This document shows, one piece after another, positions 26,111-39,648 of a stretch of 64,000 nucleotides of DNA. Location: NCBI RefSeq assembly GCF_964213995.1, contig NW_027590214.1, positions 496,001-560,000 on the forward strand. Reading direction: 5' to 3'. The notes under the pieces are model-generated. The model was not told the origin of the DNA, searched no databases, and saw only the letters and a list, made by a program, of their open reading frames with translations. The position numbers were made by a program, and so were the translations under genes. Each line of letters opens with the position of its first letter. Position 1 is the first letter of the stretch. The DNA comes from Mustelus asterias (Eukaryota).

Positions 26111-26696
26111 ACACTTTAATCATACAGACATTAGCGGTTACTTCGTCGTTAGCTTTGGGTGGTTACCTGTGTTTAGCCAATTGGGCTCCCCGAGCAACAA
26201 TTGACCTCCAATCACATTCCTTCAAAAACAACCATTAACAAAAACCCACAAGTTTGAGTTCCCCTTTATCTTAAGCTAAGCTGACCATCTGGACCTCGCG
26301 GTCTGGTTTTTTTTGTCTGTTCTGTATTTTTTATTCAATAACAGGATGTAGCTCAAAGGTTAGTTCGTTATTTAGTTAGCAACAGAATGATCTTTGTTAA
26401 CCACAGGATACGTGCTGGGCGCAGCCGGTCCTGTAGTCACGTACGCATTAACTTTCAAAGGTCACAGTCTTAATTTCACTCCAACAATCACTTCTCATTT
26501 AGCTAAAATCCAATGAGCATAGATGCACCCTGCCTAACCTTTCCTCATAAAACAGACCCCTTCATGTCCGAAATCAGCTCGTGAACCTTGTCTGAATTGC
26601 TTCCACTGTAAGTATATTCCATCTTAAGTAATCTTATGCTAGAAAACAGGAGGAGAGAATGTTATGGATTTATATTCAGGACTGACAAATGACTGT

Positions 26697-27030
26697 TGGG
26701 GGTGACACAGTGGTTAGCACTTCTGTCTCAAAGCGCCAGAGACCCGGTTCAATTCCAGCCTCGGGTGATTGTATGGAGTTTGCACGTTCTCCCTCTGTCT
26801 GTGTGGGTTTCCTCTGCATGCTCTGGTTTCCTCCCACACTCCAAAGAGTGGGTTGATCGACCATGCTAAATTGTCCCTTTGTGTCTCAAGATGAGGGGGA
26901 AGGAAAGGATTAGTGATGTACGTACATCAGGTTACAGGGATAGGGCCTGAGTAAAGGTGCTCTGTTAGAAACCTGGTGCAGACTCAAAGGGCTAAAAGGC
27001 CTCCTTCTGCACTGCAGAGATTCTGTGATT
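26697..27030 (+). mobile_element. HE1-like SINE, diverged
   Basis: Similar to 24826-25163. Confidence 0.8.
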
Positions 27031-27167
27031 TTGGAATCTCCTTTTACAGATGGTTAGAAAAAGAGGATTTTTACAGCAATCTCAAAGCCCCAAAAATGTG
27101 TATTTCTTAATTTCAAGCCACAATTGACACCTGACTCTTGTAATCTCCTTTTGCAGGAGTTAGAATA

Positions 27168-29428
27168 TTTGCACTTGACGGTCCATGAGGAGGGCGTGGT
27201 CATTCACTTGCTGAACGTCTACGCCCCAACCGGCGGACCGCAGCAAATGACTTTCTATGAGAAAGTGTCCGCTCATCTCGACACCATCGCGGGGGGCGAA
27301 TGCATTATCCTCGGGGGAGATTTCAACTGTACCCTCGAGGCACAGGACCGCACCGGCCTCTGGCTGCGCACCCCGGTGATGGTGAAGTTGCGGGACCTGC
27401 TCGGGTCTCACGACTTGGTGGACATTTGGAGACATCTCCATCCTGGCTCCAGAGCTTTCACTTATGTGAGGCCTGGAGTCGGAGCGTCCAGGCTCGACCG
27501 CCTTTACATTTCGAGGGCGAACGTGTCCGGCGTGTCTTCGGCTCCATGCGGCTGGTGTCGTGCACGGACCACAGCCTGATGTGGGCGGACTTTTTGCCGT
27601 CTCGCGTCCGGCGGGGGTCCGCGTACTGGCACTTTAACAACAAGCTGCTGGAGGACGAGCGCTTCCTGGACTCGTTCCGTCGATTCTGGGCCGGCTGGAG
27701 AAGGAAGCGGGGAGGCTTCCTCTCCTTGAGGCTCTGGTGGGATGTGGGCAAGACTCACGTCCGTACCTTCTGTCAGGAGTACGCAAGGGGGTCGACAAAG
27801 GGACGGAAATCCAGGCTCGAGGAGTTGGAGAAGGAGGCACGTCTCAGTCAGCCCGACGCGGACCCGGCCCTGCGTTCGGAGTGCAGGGAGAAGAAGGTGG
27901 TGAGGTCGCAGCTCCAGTTCCAGGTGGACCTGGACCGCGGCTCCCCCTTCTTCTACTCGCTGGAAAGAGGGCGGGCTAATCGTCAGCAGCTCCTTACGCT
28001 GCTGGCCGACGACGGTTCCCCCGTCTCGGATCCCGAGGGCATCCGGGCCATTGCCCGGGATGATTACACCTCCCTCTTCTCTCCGGATCCGTCCAGCGAG
28101 GATTCCCGCAGACCTCTGTGGGAGGACCTGCCGCAGGTCAGCCCGGAGGGCGTCGGCAGGCTTGAAGCCCCTACCACCATGGCCGAGCTGACCGGCGCCC
28201 TCAATGGCCTCAGTCGGGGCAAGGCCCCGGGGCTGGACGGGCTGACAGTAGAGTTCTTCAGGGCGTTCTGGGACGTCCTGGGGAGCGACTACGCGGGGGT
28301 CCTGGGGGAGAGTGTCGCTACCGGGGAGATGCCCCTTTTGTGGCGCAGGGCCGTCATTGCCCTGCTGCCCAACAAGATCTATGCCTCCTAAAAAACTGGC
28401 GCTCGGCCTCCTTCCTCAGCACGGATTATACAATCTTTGCCAGGGCTATTGCTTCATGCCTTGGATCCGTGCTGGACCACATGATCCATCCTGACCAGTC
28501 CAACACGGTCCCGGACCGTTGTATACACGATAACCTCCAACTGGTCCGGGACCTAATCGGGGACGTGCTCGATGGCGGAGGAGCGGGCTGGATGAGTCCC
28601 CGCGTGCTGGCTGAGCGTGTGGGGACGACCATCCAGCGCGCGGCCAAAGCCATCCTAGACCTTAGGACGGTCGTGCTCGGCCCCGAAAATATGAACTCGA
28701 GGCGGCGCAGGCGTGCGGTGGGATCCCGCCCGAGCGTTCCCCTGTTCGGGTGGAATTCCACATTGGCCCAAATCCTCAACCCCCCTCCCTGGGTGAGGTG
28801 CCCCACAGCCTGAGCCGCCTCGCGGAAATGCCCTCCGTGCCTTTTTCTACCGCGCGGAGGCGTTTCCTGTGCGGGCTGCTGCTGCACACCCTCCACTACT
28901 GCCTCCTCGCCTGTCGCCCGGATACACCTTGGCGGGCCTTGTTGCCGCCGGGCGGCGGAGGTCCCCGCTGGAGGTCCCTCTATGGAGGGATCTCCCCCAA
29001 TTACGTCGGGGACCTGGGGTGGAGGGTGATGCATGCAGCAGTTCCGCACAACCGTAGGATTCACTGGTTCACGGGCTCCGAAGACTGCCCTTTCTGTGGC
29101 CTTGCAGAGTCCGTGGACCATGTCTATGTTGTGTGTCTTAGGCTGCACTCCCTTTTTGTTTCCCTAAAGAACCTTTTAATGATGTTTTGTTTGCACTTCA
29201 GTCCCACGCTCCTGATCTACAGACACCCGGTGCGGATATAACGCACCCCAACCCCTGGGCATTGCAGGGGTTGGGGTGTGTTATTGACCCTGATAATCAC
29301 ATTTTAATTTGATGTTTTAAGTTTCCTTTGTACTTTGATTTCTGTTCGGGCTGTTCCCCCTCCTTTTGGGGAGCTGCCCCTTTTACTTTGTCCTGACTTA
29401 ATTTGTTTAATTGGTTTGACCTAAAAAG
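27168..29428 (+). mobile_element. Tx1-clade (L1-like) non-LTR retrotransposon ORF2 remnant with internal deletion
   Basis: GC-rich; LLNVYAPT, GGDFNCTL, SRLDRLYIS, YWHFNNKLL, GKAPGLDGLTVEFF, LKNWR, IHPDQS, then a jump (~28557) to the C-terminal CPFCG..ESVDHVYVVC knuckle. Confidence 0.9.
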
Positions 29429-29589
29429 GGGTCCAACATCTGTGAGTAAAACACTTTCTTTTCAACCCCTTTTCCATTTCTTTTCTCATTCTGGGGGAAA
29501 TTGGGGACTTGCAGCAACTGGAGGGAAAGGAAGTGAATCCAGGGAGGGTGCAGACTCTGGAAAGGTTGGTCCAGGTTTCTCTCTCTCTT

Positions 29590-30800
29590 AAACCAGAAAA
29601 TGATCCATTTCTGCCCACTGTTTGCTGTTAGCCAATCTTCTATCCACGCCAATATGTTATCCCTGCAGCATGAATTTTTATTTGCTGCAATAACCTTTGA
29701 TGTGGCACCTCATCAAATGTCTTCTGGAAATCTGAGTACAGCGCATGCACCAGTTTCCCTTTATCCAATTCCCGATGGGGAATTTTAGAAAATTGAACAA
29801 CACATCAACTATCTCACTCTGTTAAGACCCGAGAATGAAGCCCAGCAGGACCCGAGGACTCATCAGCCCACAGCTCCAACAGTTTGCTGAGGACCACTTC
29901 CCTGGGAATTGTGCTTTTTCAGAGTTCATCCCACACTTCTGTTTTCTGATTTCCAGCTGTTTCTGAGTTTTAACTGTATCCTCTATTGTGAACACCGAGG
30001 CAAAATACTTGTTCAATTCATCTCCCAGCTCCTTATTTTTCATCATCAATTCCTGGACTCACTTTCTATTAGACAGTTAAGAAATGAGGTGGAGCAAGTG
30101 ACTGAAGTGTCAGTCAGGGCGCACTATTGGGAGCACCAATAGTTTCAAAATAGTTCAGGAAAAAGATGGGACAGGTCCACAGGTCAAGGCCCTAAACTGG
30201 AGCAGGGCCACTTTTGTGGGCATTAGGCAGGATCTAGCAGATGTTGATGAGGTGAGTTTGTTTGAACGGAAAGGAATGACTGGCAAATGGGAGGTTTTAA
30301 AAGTGTGATATCAAGAGTCCAGGGGCAGTATATTCCTGTTAAGATGAAGGGAAAGAATGGTAAATTTAGGGTTCTCTGGCAGACAAGGGACATTGAGGCT
30401 CTGGTCAGGTAAAAGAAGGAAGCAGACATTGGGTTTAGGCAATCGGGGACAAGTGAATCACTCTGACTATAAAAAGTGTGAGAAAATACTGAAGAGGGAA
30501 ATCAGGAGGACAAAAAGAGTGTCTGATATGGATCTGGCAGGTAAGATTAAAGAAAATTCCAAGAGGTTCTATAGCTATATTAAGAGTAAACGGGTGGCTC
30601 GAGAGGGAATAGATCCCCTTAAAAATCAGTATGGCCATCTGTGTGTGGAGCCACAGGAGATGGGTGAGATTTTTAATGAATACTTCTCCTCTGTGTTTAC
30701 TGCGGAGAGCACCATGGGTGCTAAAGAAATAAGGGAAACAAGTGGTGATGTCTTGGGCGCACGCATGTTACTTGGGAGGAGGTATCTGCAGCCTTATAAA
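29590..30800. mobile_element. CR1 fragments in both orientations within the Z2 intron
   Basis: ELNKYFASVFT (minus) and KENSKRFYSYIKSKR...NEYFSSVFT (plus). Confidence 0.8.
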
Positions 30801-30985
30801 AGCAAATTACTGCGGATGCTGGAATCTGAAACCAAGAGAGAAAATGCTGGAAAATCTCAGCTGGTCTGGCAGCCTCTGTAAGGAGAGAAAAGAGCTGATG
30901 TTTCTTGTCTAGATGACCCTTTGTCAAAGCTCTGAAACATCAGTTCTTTTCTATACATACAGATGCTGCCAGACCTGCTGAGAAT
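30800..30985. mobile_element. Penelope-like terminal-repeat fragment (partly self-complementary)
   Basis: tactgcggatgctggaatctgaaac...gatgaccctttgtcaaagct; homologous to 14945-15040, 53300-53470 and 55675-55770. Confidence 0.65.
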
Positions 30986-31466
30986 GGGGAGAGAGTGTGT
31001 GTGATGGAGATTTCCAGCTTTTGGGGAATGAGAGAGGCAAGAATGTTCCGTAGAAATGGTCTGTTCTGAATTTCTATCCTGTACTGACACTGATGACTTT
31101 TGGAAACTCATTTTACAGGATATTGAAAGAGGAATCACAGGCCGAAATCTCAAACGTCCCGTCTCGATCTGACAGTCATATTCCTTGGGACCTGAATATC
31201 ATCGGACTTTGAATCCAGAAGGAGAAATGATTGTCCAGTCTGTCGATTTGAAAAGATTTGAAATGTCAGTGTGAGTGAAAAAGCATCAACGCACTGCCAC
31301 ACTTGAGTGAGAGTGTTCCAATGCACTGACTAAAGAGCTTTAACCAGTTACACAGTCTGAGTAAATATCACACCATTCACAGCGGGTAGAGACTGTAATC
31401 TTGTTCTGTGTGTGGACGAAATTCAACTAATTGTCCACCCAAGACAGGGGTAAGGACACCTGCACC

Positions 31467-32480
31467 ATGGAGAAACGATGGAAATGTGTGGACTGTGGGA
31501 AGGGATACAGAACCCCATCAGAGCTGGAAGCTCATCGGCGCAGTCACACTGGGGAGAGGCCGTTCATCTGCTCTCAATGTGAGAAGGGGTTTAATCAGTT
31601 ATCCAGCTTACGGGCACACCAACGAGTTCACACTGGGGAGAGACCATTCACCTGCTCTCAGTGTGGGAAGGGATTCACTCAGTCATCCAACCTGCGGACA
31701 CACGAACGGGTTCACACAGGGGAGAGGCCGTTCACTTGCTCTCAATGTGGGAAGGGATTCACTCGATTATCCGACCTGCAGATACACCAGCGAGTTCACA
31801 CTGGGGAGAAACCATTCACCTGCTCTCAATGTGGGAAGGGATTCATTCAGTTATCAGACTTGCAGAGACACCAGCGAGTTCACACTGGGGAGAGGCCGTT
31901 CACCTGTTCTCAGTGTAGGAAGGGATTCGCTCGATTATCCGAACTGCGGACACACCAGCGAGTTCACACTGGGGAGAAACCATTCACGTGCTCTCAGTGT
32001 GGGAAGGGATTCACTGTGTCATCCGACCTGCAGAGACACCAGCGAGTTCACACAGGGGAGAAGCCGTTCATTTGCTCTCAGTGTGGGAAGGGATTCACTC
32101 AGTTATCCAACCTGCAGACACACCAGCGAGTTCACACTGGGGAGAAACCATTCACCTGCTCTCAGTGTGGGAAGGGATTCAGTCGGTCAACCCACCTGCG
32201 GACACACCAGCGAGTTCACACTGGGGAGAGGCCCTTCACCTGCTCTCAGTGTGGGAAGGGTTTCAGCGTTTCATCCCAGCTGCTGAGACACCAGCGAGCT
32301 CACACTGGGGAGAAACCATTCACCTGCTCTCAGTGTGGAAAAGGATTCACTCAGTTATCCAACCTGCGGACACACCAGAGAGTTCACACTGGGGAGAGGC
32401 CATTCACCTGCTCTCAGTGTGGGAAGGGATTCACTCGGTTAACCCATCTGCGGATACACCAGCAAGTTCACGAGCGATGA
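31467..32480 (+). CDS. C2H2 zinc-finger protein Z2 (12 fingers)
   Basis: Intact ORF starting MEKRWKC; donor GT 29442-29443, acceptor AG 31117-31118. Confidence 0.88.
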   Translation: MEKRWKCVDCGKGYRTPSELEAHRRSHTGERPFICSQCEKGFNQLSSLRAHQRVHTGERPFTCSQCGKGFTQSSNLRTHERVHTGERPFTCSQCGKGFTRLSDLQIHQRVHTGEKPFTCSQCGKGFIQLSDLQRHQRVHTGERPFTCSQCRKGFARLSELRTHQRVHTGEKPFTCSQCGKGFTVSSDLQRHQRVHTGEKPFICSQCGKGFTQLSNLQTHQRVHTGEKPFTCSQCGKGFSRSTHLRTHQRVHTGERPFTCSQCGKGFSVSSQLLRHQRAHTGEKPFTCSQCGKGFTQLSNLRTHQRVHTGERPFTCSQCGKGFTRLTHLRIHQQVHER

Positions 32481-32719
32481 CAGTGGTTGGATTCTGCTGT
32501 TATTGTTTCTGCTCTCAGTTGCATCCAGGATTGCATTTTGTTCATTCTCACAGTTGGTCAATGGGGCGGGTCAGAGGGTTTGTTTGTGCTGGACTGGCTG
32601 GTCTCAGCCTCCAGTGGGCTGATGCTCTTTGAGTCTTTTTGTGAATACCTGGTTTCAAATGTCACAAGGATCACAGAGTGACAGGGTGTTAGGAAGTTTA
32701 GAGATATTTAGTCAGAAGA

Positions 32720-34085
32720 AAAGAGGTTGGCAGTGCAAAGGTACATTTCTGAATGGAGGGCTGTGACAAGTGACATTCCTCAGCGATCAGTGCTGGGACT
32801 TTTGCTGTTTGTAATGGATATAAATGATTTGGAGGAAAATGTAACTGGTTTGATTGGTAAGTTTGTGGACGACACAAAGGTTGGTGGAATTGCGGATAGC
32901 GATGGGGACCGGCAGAGGATACAGCAGGATATAGATCAGTTGGAGACTTGGGCGGAGAGATGGCAGATGAAGTTTAATCCGGACAAATGTGAGGTAATGC
33001 ATTTTGGAAGGTCTAATACAATGGGAAATATACAGTAAATGGCAGAACCCTTAAGAGTATTCATAGGCAGAGGGATCTGGGTGTACAGGTACACAGGTCA
33101 TTGAAAGTGGCAATGCAGGTGGAGAAGATAATCAAGAAGGCATATGGCATGCTTGCCTTCATCGGCCGGGGCATTGAGTTTAAAAATTGGCAAGTCATGT
33201 TGCAGCTTTATTGAACCTTTGTTGGACCGCACTTGGAATCAATTCTGGTCACCACACTACCAGAAGAATGTGGAGGCTTTGGAGAGGGTACGGAAAATAT
33301 TTATTAGGATGTTGCCTGGTGTGGAGGGCATTAGCTATGAGGAGAGGTTGGAGAAACTTGGTTTGTTCTCACTGGAACGACGGAGGTTGAGGGGAGCAAC
33401 CTGATAGAAGTCTACAAGATTATGAGGGGCATGGACAGAGTGGATAATCTGAAGCTTTTTCCCAGGTTGGAAGAGTCAATTACTCGGGGCATGGGTTTAA
33501 GGTGCGAGGGGCAAGGTTTAAAGGAGATGTACGAGACAGGTTTTTTTACACAGAGGGTGGTGGGTGCCAGGAACCCGTTGCTGGGGAAGGTAGTGGAAGC
33601 AGATAAGATAGTGACTTTTCAGATGTGTCTTGACAAATATATGAATAGCATAGGAATAGAGGGATATGGTCCCCGGAAAGGTAGGGGTTTTAGTTCAGAC
33701 ATGGTTGCGACAGGCTTGGAGGGCCAAAGGGCTTGTTTCTGTGCTGTAATTTTCTTTGTTCTTCGTTCTGTTTGGAACATCCCAAATGCCCATCCAATTT
33801 CCTTTTTAATTGTTTATTGTCTCCACTTCCTCCTCCCTCGTAGGCAGCGAGTTCCAGGTCATTACCATTCGCTGCATCAGAATATTCTTCCTCACATCTC
33901 AACCCCCCACTGCCCCCCTTGCACCTCTGACCCAAAATAAGAAATCTGTGTCTCCCCTTGCCCTTGTCCCTTCAGCTAATGGGAACAGCTTTTCTTTGTC
34001 CACCTTATCTAAACCTGTCAGAATCTTGTCCACCTCTATCAAATCTCCCCTCAACCTCCTTTGCTCCAAGGGGAACAACCCCAGC
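32720..34085. mobile_element. CR1 3' fragments (plus 32720-33775; minus 33780-34085)
   Basis: KFVDDTKVGG, LFSLERRRLRG and LFPLEQRRLRGDLIEV motifs. Confidence 0.85.
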
Positions 34086-34417
34086 CTGACATCGACAATA
34101 AAGAACAAACTAACAGAATATGTTACTGTCTGAAATCAAATGGGAATGTTTAATTTCTGTTTTAAAGATATTGTGAAGATATTGTCCTGGACAATAAAGG
34201 AATTGGAATAACTCACCTTGGGAGTGGTTGAATGGAATATATCAATCTGATATCCACCTACAGTCTCGTGAAAGTCTGGAATATGTAGCTGGAAGTCCCT
34301 TCCAAACAGCACTGTGGGTGGACGTATACCTCAGGCATTGCAGCAGTTCAAGAAGGGGTTGGGGTTGACCATGGCCAAGGCAGCTACATACAGTCACATA
34401 TTCTGTTAAAATTGAAG

Positions 34418-34776
34418 GGGCGGCACGGTAGCACAGTGGTGGGGTGGCATGGTAGCTCAGTGGTTAGCACTGCTGCTTCACAGTTCCAGGGACCTGGGTT
34501 CGATTCCCGGCTTGGGTCACTGTCTGTGTGGAGTTTGCACATTTTCCTCGTGTCTCCTCGTGTCTGGGTGCTCCGGTTTCCTCCCACAGTCCAAAAATGT
34601 GTGGGTTAGGCTGATTGGCTATGCTAAAATTGCCCCTTAGTGTCCTGGGATGCATAGATTAGAGGGATTAGCAGGTAAAATATGTAGGGATATGGGGGTA
34701 GGGCCTGGGTGAGATGGTGGTCGGTGCAGACTCGATGGGCCAAATGGCCTCTTTCTATACTGTAGGGTTTCTATGA
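34418..34776 (+). mobile_element. HE1-like SINE with duplicated 5' end
   Basis: Close match to 24826-25163. Confidence 0.88.
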
Positions 34777-36234
34777 CTGCAGATTGAATGTGAGGCATTG
34801 TGGGACTGGACTATCTTGACCATATTCCTGTGACTGCCCGGAAACTCATGTCTATTTTAGTTTATAATTGAGGTTTTCTGGGAATAAGTTAAATGTGGAA
34901 ATATTAAGCATAGCCTGGAGGGATTTGGAATAACTGAGAATTTTATCCCCAGATAAAGAACAAAGATTTTGCTGGTGTTTGGGTGTAACGTGTTTGGGAT
35001 TTTAAATCAACAAAGATGTTGCCTCTAAAATCAGTCCTTGTAAGTTGGCTTAAAAAAGGTTAAGTTATAATGAAGGATCTTGGATCTTATTTTAATCAAG
35101 GAGTTGTGAGTTTGTAGCGCTCTGTCGCTTTAAGAAGCTATCGCTGCGAGAGAGAATGCTGAGGATTCATTGCTTGAAATTGACGAGCTGTGAGAATCTG
35201 TGTGTTTTGTTTGTTTTATGTGGATGTTTGTAGATGTGTTTTATCATTGTTTTGGGCTACATTTGTTAAGGTTTATCTTTCTAGCGGATTAACCTTATCT
35301 TGAATCTTTAATTAAAGGCATTTTTGGAAGTTTAAAAACAGGATCACAAGAACGCTTAAGTAATTAATTTTGGTTATTGTTGTTGTAAAGCACATGCTAA
35401 GTTTCTCTGTTTGTGTGTGGATGATATTTGTGGGTTGAACGCTTCAAGCTTTGAGGTTTTCTGTCTGTGATTTAAATCAAACAGATTTTTAAAAAAGGAA
35501 GTGTGATTAATAAAACTTTTTTTGTTCAGAAGTTATGAACCTGGAGCCATATTTACTGGCCAGAGACAGGATTCCAGGATATTTTACGAAACATGTGGGA
35601 ATTTTAATCCAGATACAATTCACCCATGTGAGAATGAGAGTTTTAATTTGTAATGGTTATTTAAAATTTGACACATGTGAAATGATTCTGACCAATCCTG
35701 TGTTGGATTGATCTTGGGTTAAACTTCCTGTCAGGTCCAAAGATTTATTCCTGACGCAAGTAACACAAAGAAAAGGAAAATTCTGGAATTGGATCCTGAA
35801 GAAAAGAGTTTAAAAAGAGAGAGTATTAAATAGAAATGTTCCCAGACCATGTGGTTAGCAGATTAAAACAAAGGAAGAGTGCTGACATCCATTTGAGAAC
35901 TTTTAATCCACCCCATTTCTAACTAAGGGAGTCTATGTACAAAGAAAGCCCAAGAAAGACCCCCCCAAGGGGGGTCTGGAAAGCATCATGATGGGGGCAC
36001 CTGTCCATGAGATGATCACAAAGCCCCATAATGCCCAGATACTAATTTTATTGAACCTATAATGTATGTAATCTATCACCATTCTGATTGGATTGTGTCC
36101 AGCCGGGATGGGCTGAGTAACTGGATAAGAATTGATGATATTCTTTGTTGGGTGGAGTTACACATGGTCAGCCCCTGTGGCTTCTCCCCGCTGGCGTAAC
36201 TCAATAAACTGTTTGTCGATTGAATCAGGCACAA

Positions 36235-37650
36235 CACACTGGGTACATTACCACTTCATCCTTGGGAGTGGCCTGATAGGCCGTGGTCCAGAATAAATGT
36301 GGCCTCTGGGGGGCCTTTCATGAATCACATGTGTTTGGTCGTTGTAAATGTGCATTCAAAATGGTTGGAAGCACAGATCATGAGTAATATTCCAGCTCCT
36401 GTGACCATAGAGAAGCTCTGTCAAATTTTCACAAGCCCTGGGTTACCAGATTGGCTTGTTTCAGATAACGACATTCTGTTTACAAGTGAGGTGTTTCAGG
36501 AATTCCTGTAAAGGAATGGTCTACGCCATGTGCGTACTGCATCGTTTCATCTGGCTACAAATGGTCTTCATGATGTGGAGATGCCGGCGTTGGGGTAAAC
36601 ACAGTAAGAAGTTTAACAACACCAGGTTAAAGTCCAACAGGTTTATTTGTTAGCAAATGCATTTGTTAGCTCGTGGCATTTGCTAACAAATAAACCTGCT
36701 GGACTTTAACCTGGTGTTGTTAAACTACTTACTGTACAAATGGTCTCACAGAAAGAGCTGTTCAAACTCTGAAGGAGGGATTGAAGAGAATGGCAGGCGA
36801 TACTTTAAGAACAAGCTCTCAAGATTTTTGTTCCAGTTTCGCATCACACCACAATCCACAACTGGACTCTCTCCTGTGGAATTTGTAGGTAGAAGGTCGA
36901 AGTCTCATCTGGATCTGCTTCATCCAGATCTCAGAGCAAAAGTGAGCAGGAGACAAGAGAAGCAGAAGGAGGGACACGACTACCGTGCCAAAGAGAGGCA
37001 GTTCAAACCGGGTGATCAGGTTTACATCAGAAACTTTGGGAGTAACCAAAGGTGGTTACCGGGAATAATTTTAAACCAAAGTGGTCCAGTATCTTGGGTG
37101 GTGAGACTGTAAAACGGAAGAGTTGTTCGCAGACACCAAGACCATATTCGCTTGCGGTGTGACCCCGAGTCAGGAACAGTTTCAGATTCAGCAACCATTA
37201 CTGAGAACATGGCAGAGGGTCATGCTGCTGTGGATGTTGACCAGGAAATGGTTCCAGCTTTGCCAGTTGATTCTGCTGTGGGAGTGGAAGAGGAATGTTC
37301 ATGTACAGATTCTCAAACTACCTCTTCACCTCCCATTCCAGATCCACCATTACAAGATTTACCAGTGGTATTGTACAGGTCGCAATGCAACCACAAAGCT
37401 CCTGACAGACTTCCGTATTGTTAAAGACATTACTTTGTTGTATTTCTGTCCTGATGGGGGATTGAAATTTAGGGGGAGAAGTGTTACGGAGTGTTCTCCT
37501 CAGCCTCTCTCCCTTCTGAGCACGTGCGGGCTTTGGGCGTGGTTTCAGTCTGCAAGTCCAGGCTGGTTCCAATGCTCCTGTTTCCTTTTGTTTGCCAATG
37601 ATTTTTAAACTTTGTTATTTATTTATATAAATAACATTCTGCTTTTAACA
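36235..37650 (+). mobile_element. Ty3/Gypsy integrase remnant, PPT and 3' LTR (37482-37650)
   Basis: LHPWEWPDRPWSR..GPFM..SKWLE..LVSDN..FTSEVF..LSRFLFQFRITPQSTTGLSPVE; PPT AGGGGGAGAAG then TGTTA...TAACA. Confidence 0.85.
36568..36734. mobile_element. Short hairpin element (inverted Penelope-like terminal repeats) with 12-bp TSD
   Basis: Same sequence family as 12154-12304; TACAAATGGTCT at 36556-36567 and 36735-36746. Confidence 0.8.
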
Positions 37651-37803
37651 ATGCATTCGACTACCTTATTTGTGGACTGAAGTTCCCAAATTGTAAAGCA
37701 GGAGATTAGTTAAATGGACAGCCTGAATTGAGAGACAATTAAAGAATAAATGATTCATTAATACAGATGTTAGAAAGGCGAGAATGTAAATTTGAACACA
37801 AAA

Positions 37804-38323
37804 GGGTGGCCCGGTGGCACACTGGTTAGCACTGCTGCCTCAGCGCCTGGGTTTGATTCCCGGCTTGGGAGACTCTGTGGACTTTGCATGTTGTTCCCGT
37901 GTCTGCCTGGTTTTCTTCCGGGTGCTCTGGTTTCCTCCCACAGTCCAAAAGATGTGCTGGTTAGGAGCATTGACCATGCTAAATTCTCCGTCAGTGTACC
38001 CGAACAGATGCCAGAGTGCGGTGACTAGGGGATTTTCCCAGGAACTTCATTTATTCGTGTCACAAGTCGGCTTACGTTAACATTGCAATGAAGTTACTGT
38101 GAAAATCCCCGAGTCGCCACACGAAGGTGCCTGTTCGGGTACACGGAGGGAGAATTTAGCATGGCCAATGCACCTAACCAGCATGTCTTTCGGGCTGTGG
38201 GAGGAAACCGGAGCACCCGGAGGGAACCCACGCAGACACGAGGAGAATGTGCATACTGTGATTCAAGTCGGGAGTCGAACCCAGGTCCCGGCGCTGTGAG
38301 GCAGCAGTGCAAACCACTGTGCC
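37804..38323. mobile_element. Tail-to-tail pair of SINEs
   Basis: Plus copy ~37804-38050 and minus copy ~38052-38323 of the same family. Confidence 0.8.
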
Positions 38324-38909
38324 CTACAGAGAGGTGTTGGGAGCTGTTGATTTTACAAGCTATCCATGTTTTCGGAGCCATCACTTCATGTCCTGGTCTG
38401 AGAAGGATAGAGAGAAGTCTGTTCATAAGATATAGGAGCAGAATTAGGCCATTTGGCCCATCGAGTCTGCTCCGTCATTCGATCATGGCTGATATGCTCC
38501 TCATCCCCATGTTCTTGCCTTCTCCCCATAACCTTTCATAAGTTCAGATGTTCAATTGTTAAAGCTAAACTTTCTCCTTTTACTGTTAATCGATACTGTC
38601 CTTTTTTATCTTTGACTTGTTACATTTTTAATGGTTAATAAACTTACTGAATCACCGTTTAAAGTATTCTTTCGAGCCACATGGTTAAGTCACTGGAACC
38701 TGGTGTGATTGACAGTTATGGAGTTATTGTAAACAAGAGAACCCCATAAATCTTAGTTCAAATAAATCAAAGTTCTCACAAATGGAATGCTATCCTTTAT
38801 TCTGAGAGAAATTGAACAGAGAAGTAGATATTATGCTTCAGTTATACAGGGCGTTGCTGAAACTGCATCTTGAACACTGGGTGCAGTTTTGTCTCCAATT
38901 AAACAAAGG

Positions 38910-39240
38910 ATTGTAGGATCCCTACAGCACAGACAGAGGCCGTTCTGTCCACTGAGTCTGTACCAAACACCATCCCATCCAGGCCCTATTCCCATAACCC
39001 CACACATTTATTCTGCTAATCCCCCTCACACAAGGGTCAATTTAGCATAGCCAATCAACCTAACCCGCACATCTTTGGACTGTGGGAGGAAACTGGAGCA
39101 CCCGCAGGAAACCCACGCAGACACGGGGAGAATGTCCAAACTCCACACAGACAGTGAATCGGACCAGGGACCCAGGAATTGAACTTGGGTCCCTGGCGCT
39201 GTGAGGCAGCAGTGCTAACCACTGTGCTGCCGTGCTGCCC
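38910..39240 (-). mobile_element. HE1-like SINE
   Basis: Reverse complement starts gggcagcacggcagcacagtggttagcactgctgcc. Confidence 0.85.
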
Positions 39241-39648
39241 CATTTTATAAATACTATGGAAGCAGTTCAGAGGAGGTTTACTAGATTGATTCCCATCCAG
39301 TAGTGTGAAATGTTAACTCTGTTTCTCTCTCCATAGATGCTGCCAGACCTTTTCTCAGTCCAGTCCTTTCTGTATTTATTTCAGATCTACCTGTTGTGGT
39401 AGGAAAAACACTATTTACTATCCAGGATAAAATACATGTCCTTCATCAGCTTTTGTGGATCATTTCAGAGGAAATGTGCTCTCCCAGGCTCAAAGAGCAT
39501 CAGCCCACTGGAAGCAAAGTTGTGAGACCGGCCAGTCCAGCAGAAAGAAACCCTCCGACCCTCCCACTTCACCTACTGTCAGAATGAACATGGTTCAGTC
39601 CTGGATGTGATTAACAGCAGCAATACCAGCAGAATCCAACCTCTGTCA

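Noticed and set aside
31467-32480. Repeat-with-variable-insert pattern resembling a CRISPR array
   Set aside because: It is C2H2 finger coding sequence in a vertebrate; the variable parts are recognition helices.
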